Position numbers and translations under genes: made by a program. From Diadema antillarum (Eukaryota), in assembly GCF_040938485.1 (NCBI RefSeq), contig NW_027270906.1:124001-188000 (forward strand): DNA of 64,000 nt, given 5' to 3'. This document shows positions 40,201 through 51,600 of this stretch, piece by piece. Numbering within the stretch: position 1 is the first letter of the stretch; each line of letters begins with the position of its first letter. The notes under the pieces are model-generated. The model had not been told where the DNA came from, did not search any database, and saw only the letters and a program-made list of their open reading frames with translations.

Positions 40201-43200
40201 AAAGGCTCAGACTGATTCACAAGTATAATCCTGAACTGCATGCTTTTTGTTTCATTTTTATTTTGCAGCCATCATCACTGGACAAAGATGATAAGGATAT
40301 GACAGCTAAGGCAAAGGCTAACCAGAAGAAAACCTCCACACCAGTACAAGAGAAAGAAGATGCAGCAAGAGATGAGGTGATAAATCAAATTGCACCTGTA
40401 AAGATTATGATCAAGAATTCAGTCTTTGTGGATCATAGGGTGTCCCCTGAGGGGCCCTGGAAGGGGGGGGGGGCAAAATTGGAGCCCAATTCCCACTTTT
40501 CAACTTCTTGATAACTTCATGATAGATTTTCACCAAACTTGACAGGTTATTCAAATTCTCAGTGTGATAGGATCATCTTTTTTTTTTTCAATGAGCACCA
40601 TGTTTCCCAAATCCAGGAATTAAAAAAAAAAAGAATTTATCTACAACCAGCATGATGTGTGGATCCAATTTTCATCGTCTTTTTGAAAATGCATATGATG
40701 GTAAAAATTTACGTTTAACTTAGGCAAGAATTTTGCTAGGATCATAGAAATATATATTTCACAAATTGGCCCATGCTGTACATGGGGGCCTAGAATCCTC
40801 AAATTAGAAAATGTCGATAAAGTTGTCTTCTATAAAACCAGAAATATTCTTGAGTAAGTACAATATACATTAGTGAATGTGCTTTTAAGTTTGTTTATAG
40901 CAGATCCAGGGGTAGCCCCCTTGTGGCCAGGACCAATTTTGTAACCAGATTTTATAATTTGATCTTCTTTCTTTTTTTAATAAATCAAATTTCCTATGAA
41001 CTTGGTACTAGATTTAATTGCCTGTATGATATAGAATATACAAATGGACACCATGCCCACCTGGAGTACAATCCCCAAAAGCTCCCCGAGTTTTTGATGT
41101 TCTTCATGGGTAATAGTCTACAAGGTTGTGTGGCAGGTGAATTTACAATACTCGTTGAGTGCGAGACCCCCAAGTCTCTTGTTGAACTATCCAAGTTGAT
41201 TAATGTGTATATTTTCAATTGCATTTTCTGCGCATTTCTTGTTGTCACTTCCTGTAGTCCTTCCCAAGAGGCCAGCTGGTACTGGGCAAGATGAAGGGCT
41301 ACTGCTGGTGGCCAGGGAAGGTCATTCATCACTATGACCGCAGCATTCCAGACTCGCCCCCTCCGCTCGCCAGATGGGTGCAGTGGTATGGGGACAACAA
41401 GGTTTCTCTTGTAAGTATATTTTAAAATCCACCTTGTTAACATGGTTGTGTGTGTGTGACTGATTGTTGAAACAACATGCTACTCAAATACTTTTCAGCT
41501 TTACTGCTCAATTACCTTATTTTACTTGAATCTAATACCAACTGTAAGTGACAAATACTTGTCACAGTTGTCTTGGACTGATTTTTTTAAATTTTGTTCC
41601 TTTAAGCGGTCTGTGCTGTATGTATGTGTGGAGTGATGCCACCCATGCTAACATTAAGTAAGGATATATTAATACTCCATTTGCATATACATGTATATCA
41701 ATGAGAATCATTACTTTGGGTATTGTAAATATATTTTAACCCGTTAAAGACTACCCCTGGGTATACCCGGGCAGGTGTCTATGAGATATGCATGTTACAA
41801 AATAGCAAAATCAGCTACTCAGTCATGGGTTAACTATCATCAGTCACATTTTGCAGTGAGTTATGATATTTGTTCCAACTGCAATGTATGAGTGAGTGTG
41901 GTTCGTAATTGTATTTAATATGCATTTTTTGTCTCGCCCACCGGAGGTGAAGGCGAGACTATAAGGGATCCAAATGGCGTCCGTCGTCCGTCCGTCGTCG
42001 GTCACAAATGTTAAAGTTTCCCTGCAAGACTCTCTTATGATGCATAACTTGGCAACTGTTACAGCAATGGCAGCCATGCTTGGGTGATAGAGGCATTAGA
42101 GGTATCTTCATGTTATGGTGTTGTCGGAGGTCATGTGATGATGTCAAAGGTCATTTGAGGTCATATATTAAAGAGTATGTGCAAGACTCTTTTCTACGTT
42201 AAAGTTTACCTGCAAGACTCTCTTTTGACAAATAACTTCACATAAGTTGCTTGGATTACAACCTAACTTGGGTCATAGATGCACTAGGGGTACCTTCATG
42301 TCATGGTGCTGTTGGAGGTCACAGGATAAGGTCAAAGGTCATTTGAGGTCATACGTTAAAGTTTACTTGCAAGACTCTCTTATCACACTTAACTCGACAC
42401 ATGTTGCTACAATGGCAATCAAACGTGGATGATAGATGCACTGGGGATACCTTCATGTTATGGTGCCGTAAGAGGTCACATGACAAGGTCAAAGGTCATT
42501 TGAGGTCATACGTTAAAGTTTACTTGCAAGACTCTCGATCTTATCACACGTAACTCAGCACATGTTGCTACAATGGCAATCAAACTTGGGTGATGGTAAA
42601 TGTCTCTTAGGAAGTTGAAGGTAACCACAAGGTCAAAGATCTCAGACAGGGGTCAACGAACTTTTAAGGCCCAGTGTTAAGTTTTTAGGGCGCATTTCGT
42701 TTATGGCTCATAACTTTTGATCCCTTTGTCCGTTTGTGACCAAACTTGGATGGAAGATGTCCCTTGGGGAGGTGAAGGTCGTCACAAGGTCTAAGGTCAC
42801 AGACAGGGGTCAACAAACTTTAAGGGCCCAATGTTATGTTTTTAAGGCGCATTTTGATTGTGGCTCATAACTTTTGATCCCTATGTCCGTTTATGACCAA
42901 ACTTGGACGGTAGATGTCCCTTGGGGAGTTAAAGGTCATCACAAGGTCAAAAGTCACAGAAAGGGGTCAACAAATTTTTAGGGCCCAATGTTAAGTTTTT
43001 ATGGTGTGCTTTGATTATGGCTCATTACTTTTGATCCCTTTGTCCGTTTGTGACGTAACTTGGATGGTAAATGTCCCTTGGGGTTTTGAAGGTCACTACA
43101 AGGTCAAAGGTCATGAGCAGGTCAATTAACTTCTGGGAGTTATAAAAGATATTAATTCCTAGTACGCGAATGGGCGAGACACAATTTGGCACTTGCCTTG

Positions 43201-44241
43201 TTTTTTCCTTGGGTATTTATATTTTTCATTCCAATCATGATTCAGAGTATGAGACCAAATGATCTCTCTTTGTTGTAACTGACATACATCTTTTGTATAT
43301 TAACTAAAGTGCAGATGCTTCATATTTGCCTATTAGAAAAAAAAAACCCTTTAAACTTTTTCATCTAAGGAGGACATCTTATTTCAGGAGATATCATAAT
43401 ATTACGTGATTTGAGGAAAGTTATCAAATGACATGTCTTTCGATTTTGCAGTCATTTTTGTCTTTAATTTGTTGTGGTTAAGATTAAGGTTTGGCCACAT
43501 TTTCATCATTCTGTCTCTTTACAGCTGAGCCTTGGTCAGATTGTGGACTTTGAAAAGTTTCCCGAGTACTTCAGCAGCTCATCTTTTCAAAAACTCTCTC
43601 TGTATCAGAAGGCCTGCTACCAAGCTCTCAATGTAAGTCATTCACCTAACCCCTCCCTGATACCTCAAACCAATAACTCATCAAACCATCACCCCACCAT
43701 TCCCACTTCTTTCCATTGTTATGTCATGCCATCACTTCATAACCCTTATTACATAATCTTATCTAACTCATCACGCATATCCATTCCCTCATCTTTCCAC
43801 CATGCCATCATCCTCTTATTATGTTTCAGCATTACTGAATTACCCCATCACACCCTCGTCACACCCTCCATCATCTTTTTTTTTTTTCAATACATCTTCC
43901 CATCATCCTATCAGCTAGACCATTACCCCACCCCTTCCTCCCAGAACAAGATGTGTATATTTGACCCATTACCATCGGAACAAGGTCTACCAAGTATCAA
44001 ATGAATGGATATCATGTCTCATAAGCACTGAGTTGAGTCAGTCTTCAAAAATGATCTATCTTGGCGGCTCAAAATGAATTTTCCTTCTAGATATTGAAAA
44101 AAACAAAAACAAACCCAGTTCATTGAATTATATGTGTCATAATATCATTTTGCAGTCCTAGTGTAGCATTACTGCAAACATTCAGTCGTAGGGTAGTAAG
44201 AAAACATATTTAGCAGCTAGGTATTTCTTCCAGCAACCTGC

Positions 44242-44272
<31 letters not shown>

Positions 44273-47200
44273 AAAAAAAAAAAAAAAAAACAGAAACAAA
44301 GAGAGGGGGAACTTCAAGGATGTCATCCCCATTATCCCATTATATTTCAAAGCAGAGGATGCTAATTGTTTATGAATTGAACATGAGCTTTTCCAATACC
44401 AGCAATCATCTAGCTGCCTCAAGAATTTTGTGTGTAAGTCAATGTAGGGCCTCTAGCTCCTCTATTGCTCTCCTTTTTTTTTTCCTCCAAAGGTTGCGGC
44501 AGAGAGATGTGGCAAGGATTTCCGCAATGCCAAGCCTGACGACCTCCCAGCCGGGGCGGGGGCCAAGGAGAAGCAGGAGAAGAAGACCAAGATGCTGCTA
44601 CGGTTCCAGGAGATGAAGGAGTGGGCCTTTGGGGGATTCCCCTCAGGGGGAAGTACAAGCATCAGACCCTCAGAAGGTGATGTGGGCATGTACTGTGTGG
44701 ACTATATCATGTAGTGTGACTCCATTCCTAATCCTTGCCAGTGATGCCGTTGTGGTATATGGCATGATTTTGTAATAAAAAAGGTTTAGCCAACCAAGTT
44801 CATGCTCAAAAGGTGAGACTCAAAAGTCTCATATCACACAGTCTGAGAGAACCATAAAAGCAGGATACAAATCAATTATATATTACAAATCTCGCAAAGA
44901 TTTCTTGAAACATACATTCCATCTGTGTAATCTTTAGACACTGACTAGAAGTATACACTATGTAACCAATATCAGAAAAGTAATAACACTGAAGACATTC
45001 AGAGGGCACAGAGAAGCGTTCATGGCCATTGTTATGCAGGAGATTTTCTCTCACTCATCGGTTCGTGGTATGCAGTTCAATGATGGATTACTGTAGAAAA
45101 GGTGTTTGAGAGTTAAATTCTGACTGTCAGTATGCAAACAGGAGATTTAGAGTTTAATGTTCATATTCTTTGACCTCCTGCAGAGGAAAAGCGACCACCA
45201 CTGCCGCCTCCAGAGAGCCCTGCCCCATCCAGCCCGGTGGGAGAGAGAAGTGGGACCACACCCTGCAAGAACAGCAGCAGGAAACCAACTGAAAAAGAAG
45301 TTTTCCTGGATGTCAGAGGTTAGACTGTTAAACTTTTATTGGTGAAGTAAGTTTGAAACTCCCTGATTTGATTTGTGACATAGAGCAAACTTCTGAATCA
45401 CAAGAAGGTGGCCATGGGTTATATTATCTATGCTAGAGTGCAGATGGAAGCAAAATTCTCAAAAGTTTGAACTATTTTTAATCATGCTTGTCTGTGTTGC
45501 AGGCTGGTGGGGGAAATGTGGAAAATAGTAACCTTTGTACTAGTGCGTAGTCACCCTTGTATATTTTTGTCACATGGTTTGTTTAGAAAAAGAAACACTA
45601 TACTAAATGACTAATGTATTTGTAGTTACAACAATAAATTGTATTTGTGTCTGTGGTGTTTGTGTTTTAAATCTCTATAAATAAGTAGCAGCTCCAGCCA
45701 GACAAATCATGTCTGTAAACTTTAAAGATGATTTACTTTATTGTAAAAAGAATTTTGAAAATTAATTGCAGCAGTTAGGATTTCATAGATGATCATCCAT
45801 AAATGAAGGCATAACATATTCCATCAATGCCATTTAACCCTGTTGCACAAGGTTGACTAAAAGGCACCTTTGATACACATGACTCTATAATCTGACATTA
45901 TGACAGTTACATTGATTATCACAACAAAGACAAATCTGATGACTCAATCCCAACTAGTAAATAGATGTATTCAAATGTGAGCAAGGAAGACTCAAGCAGC
46001 AAAATGTGTCATAAGTTGACTCTCAGCTGATTCCATGTTTGCTACATTATTCCCAGTCAGATATATGTGAGATTTAAACGTGTGTGTACAATGTAGTAAT
46101 CATTGGCAAATGTATAACAATATGCATGTTGCAGAGTTGTAATATCTCACGAAAACATGCTTTATTTCCTGTATTTTCAGAAGAAAGAATGAAGGAATTG
46201 CGGGATAGGAAGTGGACAATAGAAGGTATGTAATATTAGGATCATTCAGACTATCTTAAAGTTTGCTATTCTAGAAAATTTCACAGAGGTGTCAGTAAGA
46301 TATGGAAACCTGGTGAAAGGCTGAAAATCTGAACAGTTCTTTATAAAGCTGATAATTGGAATTTTTCAGTGTTTTTACATAATTGTTCATCGATTATTCT
46401 GATTGATAAATCTCAAATGCATTCAGGAAGTGGGTTCGAGGGAAGGTATGGAGCTTGCAAATATAAAGAAAGGTTTGTATATGGTTGCACATGCCGTAAT
46501 ATATTTAACTTTTTCTGTTTCCCATATTTAATGTGAAACTGGCACAAAACTTTTTAGAACAATTGGAATCACTCAGAATGTCGTTCTGTAGATTGCTCAT
46601 CTCAATTAGCACTTCGTAATTTTATTTATTATTTTTATTCATTTGATTGTTAAAGTTGAATGTACATTGTATTGTGTAATTACACTAAAAGTCTTATTTA
46701 AAGACTTCCAAAAAACCAACCCAGATATTTCAGTGAAAATGCTTGACTGTTTAAATATTTTTTTTTTTAAAAGCTGTGAGTTTTTCTAAATAACTGTAGC
46801 TTTTTACATTTTCCAGAGATCTGTATTGGGTGTGGAAGTCTGTTGCTATCAACCAAGCATCCGCTCTTTGATGGTGGTCTGTGTGAAGTCTGCAGGGTGT
46901 GTAAACTCTATTCAACCTGGCACTCTTGATGAATGCAGCATAAAGGGAGCCGTATATGTAGCTGTAAAAATATCGTCCAAAGATTCTCAGATACTCATTG
47001 GTTCTCTTTGTGACCTTCCACAATGTCTATTTTCAGACACAACACTGCAGAGATCTTTTCATGATCACTGGAAAATTAAGGCCACCTCCTCCTCAGTGTG
47101 TATGGTCTATCTGAATTCCAGTACAATTTAAACACACTGCAGTTTATTCACAACAGCCTAGATTACAGAAATATCATTGTGGTTGACCCTTTGTTACCCA

Positions 47201-48633
47201 TTAGACACTTGGAAAGTGGATAAATCCAAGTGATATTTTTATGCCTCCGCAACGAAGTGGCCGGAGGCATTATGTTTTCGGGTCGTCCGTCCGTCCGTCC
47301 GTCCGTCCGTACGTCCGTACGTCCGTACGTCCGTACGTCCGTCCGTACGTCCGTCCGTCCCGTTTTGTTTTTGTCGATATCTCAAGAACCGTGTGGTGGT
47401 TTTACATCAAACTTGGTATGAGGATATATCCTTGGGGGATAATACTTTGTGTGGATTTTAGGGTCACAGGGTCAAAGGTCAAAGGTCACAGGTTTATTTT
47501 GTGAAAAAAATTGAAATTTCATGTTTTTCTCCATATCTCGCAAATGGTTCAAGGTATCTTCATGGAACTTAGTATATATGCTTGTACCGATGGGCAGTGA
47601 TTATCTAGGGAAGTTGGGGGTCATGGGTCAAAGGTCAGGGGGTCAAAGGTCAAGGTCAACTCCTCAAAATATCACTACTTTCCTTAAAATGCAATAGGCT
47701 GAAGGTTTTTTTTTTAAACTTGATGTATGGCATGTATTACCCAATATATATTTTTGGGGAAGTTTCTTGCCAAAAGGTCAAAGGTCAAAAGGTAAAAGGT
47801 CAAGTGAAAGTGCTAAATTGCACTTTTTCCTCCATACAATTTTGTATCTCGAAAGTAACTCAAGGTATCGTCATGAAACTTACATATTTATGCATGTTCA
47901 ACCTAACAGTGATTCTCTTTGGAACTGTGAGGTCAAAGGTCAAAGGCCAGGTTTAGATAATGCTATTTTCCCATTTGATACTGAAATTATACTTTTTCTC
48001 AATACCTTGAAAATTACTCAATGCATAAACTGATAAAAGGGTCAAAAGTCAAGTAAAAATCATCAGTTCCCCAAATACCTGCACTCTGACATTTTAATCA
48101 TTCATCCAATTGAACCTAGTTCTAGGAAAGTGAACATTCAGCACATTTGTGTCAAACCTGTCATTTTAATATTTTGCCAATTGTGTGAAACTGTCATCAC
48201 ACATTGTCAAGACATTGTACTATAGACCTATTAGGAGAACCATGCATTATGGCGGAGGCATATCAGTAGCCGTAGCGATATATCTAGTTTTTTCTTATTC
48301 GTCAAACTCTTATATTCCTGCTATTATAGTCTTATTCGCTCATTGTTAATGATTTGCAACACTTGAGTGATAATGAATTACACTTCATTGTCAACAGAAT
48401 TCACCGTCTCTTAATAGCTTCCACATAATAGTATCTGTGAGTGTTAGTATTCAATGTTGATTCTTTATGGCTAGCATTGATTGGACTTCATTATACATGT
48501 TCATGTAGACTACAATTTAAGGTGATTTTTGCACAATTTGACAGATTTCTACATGTATTTTTTTTCCCAGATCGAGTACCTTGAAGTGGCATACCTTTAT
48601 GATTGTGAAGGATATCAGGTAAGCTGGAAAGAC

Positions 48634-48682
<49 letters not shown>

Positions 48683-51600
48683 ATTGTACAGTTGCGTCTG
48701 TCAACAACACTTTGAAAATCATCTCAATCCATTCATGATATGTGTGTTTAGCTAAGCAAGCTTATTACTTACGAGATAAAAATGGAAAGTCACAGTGTAT
48801 TTGAGTGGCATTTCTGTGAGCTAAAGTTCATATGGAGCATATTGCTTGATGTTTGCAAAGACAAGGACAAAGAAAGCGTTCATTATATGATATTAATTTA
48901 TATCTTAATAGATGTTGAGAATAATTGTAGAGTGGTACATGTTCCTATCTCAGGCTCATTGCTGTATTTGTGCTGAGGGCAAGCAGATCACCCTGTGTGG
49001 CAACCTTGGTTGCTACCACTCTTACTGCACTGACTGCATGAACTTCCTTGTTGGACCACTGGAATCAAGGAGGGTAAAGAAACACACACCATGGATCAAT
49101 CTTTCCACCTTTCCTTTTCATTCCTCTCTTGATTCTCGTACCAGACTTTAGAAGTCAAAATTTTGATATTAGCATTGGTTATCAGTTTAATGTCATGCTC
49201 AAGAACAACACCTAAACAACAAAATGTCAATGATTAATACATCATGGCTTATACCAGACAACTATGGTCCCAGGGTACCTCCATGTCAGACATTTTTCCA
49301 TGTGTTTATCCTAGTTTTTTTTATAGTTTTTTTAATAGTTTTTTTATTGAATTGTCCATTTTGTTCCATGTTTTATCTTCTAGTGCTTGATAAAGAAGGC
49401 ATTATAGGGCCTACTCTACCCCTGTTGCTTAGATGGATAAGGTTATGTTATGTTTCTTCCATGTGCCTTATTGCAGTCATGAAGGTGTTTTTTTTTTTTC
49501 AACCAGAAGTGCAACACATATATTTTATTTAAAGTCAAGCACTTGTAGACCTATTATGTAAGGTTACACAAGATTTTCATTTCATTTACTCAAATTTCTT
49601 CTATCTTCCAACATCAAACACCCCCCCCCCCAAAAAAAAAAAAAAACAATAAAAGGAAATCAGGAAAGGAAATATTGATGGTTGCTAGCATATTCATGAT
49701 TAATTCCTCCCTTTTTGATTGTGATTTTTTATCAGAAAGGTCTTGATAAATCTTTACCCTCCCCCTACAAATTTCCGTAAAAGCACTTACCTCATACCAT
49801 CTTCCTTTTCTATGATCTACCCAATTCAGGTATCACAACAAGACCCCTGGTCCTGCTACCTGTGTTCATCAATAGATTGTCATGGTTACCTGAAGAGACG
49901 GGTTGACTGGCAGGAAAGACTAGTGGAGTTCTTCAACCAGGACCAGTTCATGGAGTTCCCACCCCTCCGTGTGTATAAGCCACACCTACCTGCAGAGAGA
50001 CGGCCAATCAGAGTGCTCTCGTTGTTTGATGGCATCGGCACAGGTGAGCCACCGCTGATGAAGTATGCACGAACATCAAAGGTGTCAAAGTATTGAGTGT
50101 GTGTGTGTGTGTGTGTGTATCACACCCTCTTGTGAGTTTTTGTGCATGGCTCTGTGTTTGTAAGTTATGAACCATGAAATGATGGCTCCATACAGTCAAA
50201 ACAAAGGTCCCATTTGTGATCTCCAGTACTGTCTCTTGTTGCATTTTGTTACTCAGGCTGGAATTACACACTGAGATGTAACCTTCTCCAGGTATACAGG
50301 ACTCATCTCCCTTTGTACTACTACCTCAATCCAACATTTACAGGGCAAGGTGTAGATCTTTTTTATGCCTCCACCAACGAAGTGGCCGGAGGCATTATGT
50401 TTTCGGGTCGTCCGTCCGTCCGTACGTCCGTCCCGTTTTGTTTTTGTCGATATATCAAGAACCATGTGGTGGTTTTACATCGAACTTGGTATGAGGGTAT
50501 ATCCTGGGGGGATAATACTTTGTTTGGATTTTAGGGTCACAGGGTCAAAGGTCAAAGGTCACAGGTTATTTTGTGAAAAAAAAGGTTGAAAATTCATGTT
50601 TTTCTCCATATCTTGCAAATGGTTCAAGGTATCTTCATGGAACTTAGTATATATGCTTGTTCCAATGGGCAGTGATTATCTAGGGAAGTTGGGGGTCATG
50701 GTTCAAAGGTCAGGGGGTCAAACGTCAAGGTCAACTCCTCAAAATATAACTACTTTCCTTATATTTATGCAATGCCTGAAGGTGTTTTTTTTTTTTTTTT
50801 TAACTTGATGTATGCATGTATTACCCAATATATATTTTGTGGGAAATTTCTTGCCAAAAGGTCAAAGGTCAAAAGGTCAAAGGTCAAGTGAAAGTGCTGA
50901 ATTGCACTTTTTCCTCCATATCTCAAAAGTAACTCAAGGTATCATCATGAAACTTACATATTTATGCATGTTCAACCTAACAGTGATTCTCTTTGGAACT
51001 GTGTGGTCAAAGGTCAAAGGCCAGGTTTAGATAATGCTATTTTCCCATTTGATACTGAAATTATACTTTTTCTCAATACCTTGAAAATTACTCAATGCAT
51101 AAACTTATAAAAGGGTCAAAAGTCAAGTAAAAATCATCAGTTCCCCAAATACCTGCACTCTGACATTTTAATCATTCATCCAATTGAACCTAGTTTTAGG
51201 AAAGTGAACATTCAGCACATTTGTGGCAAACCTGTCATTTTAATATTTTGCCAATTGTGTGAAACTGTCATCACACATTGTCAAGACATTGTACTATAGA
51301 CCTATTAGGAGAACCATGCATTATGGCGGAGGCATATCAGTCGCCGTAGCGATATATCTAGTTAAAACTTTCTTCCAGGAATGCTTGTGCTGAGAGACCT
51401 TGGGTTCGACGTCGACTGCTACGTGGCGTCGGAGATCAGCGATGAGGCCATTATGGTGGCCGCTGTTCGTCTGCAGGGGGAGATCAAGCAGATCGGCGAT
51501 GTCCAGAAGATCACCACGAAGGAAGTCAGTTGTTTGGTCTCGTATTTTAAATTTATTCTGCTGTTTAGAATTTGAAGCTTTCAGTGCTCATTTTGTCATT

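Noticed and set aside
40923-41257. ORF upstream of the PWWP exon as an extra coding exon
   Set aside because: Exons 40269-40376 and 41258-41410 already join in phase 0, and the ORF is in a different frame from the PWWP exon.
44240-44291. Abutting long C and A homopolymers, and many G-runs elsewhere
   Set aside because: Common in this kind of genome and prone to sequencing error; no specific function can be supported.
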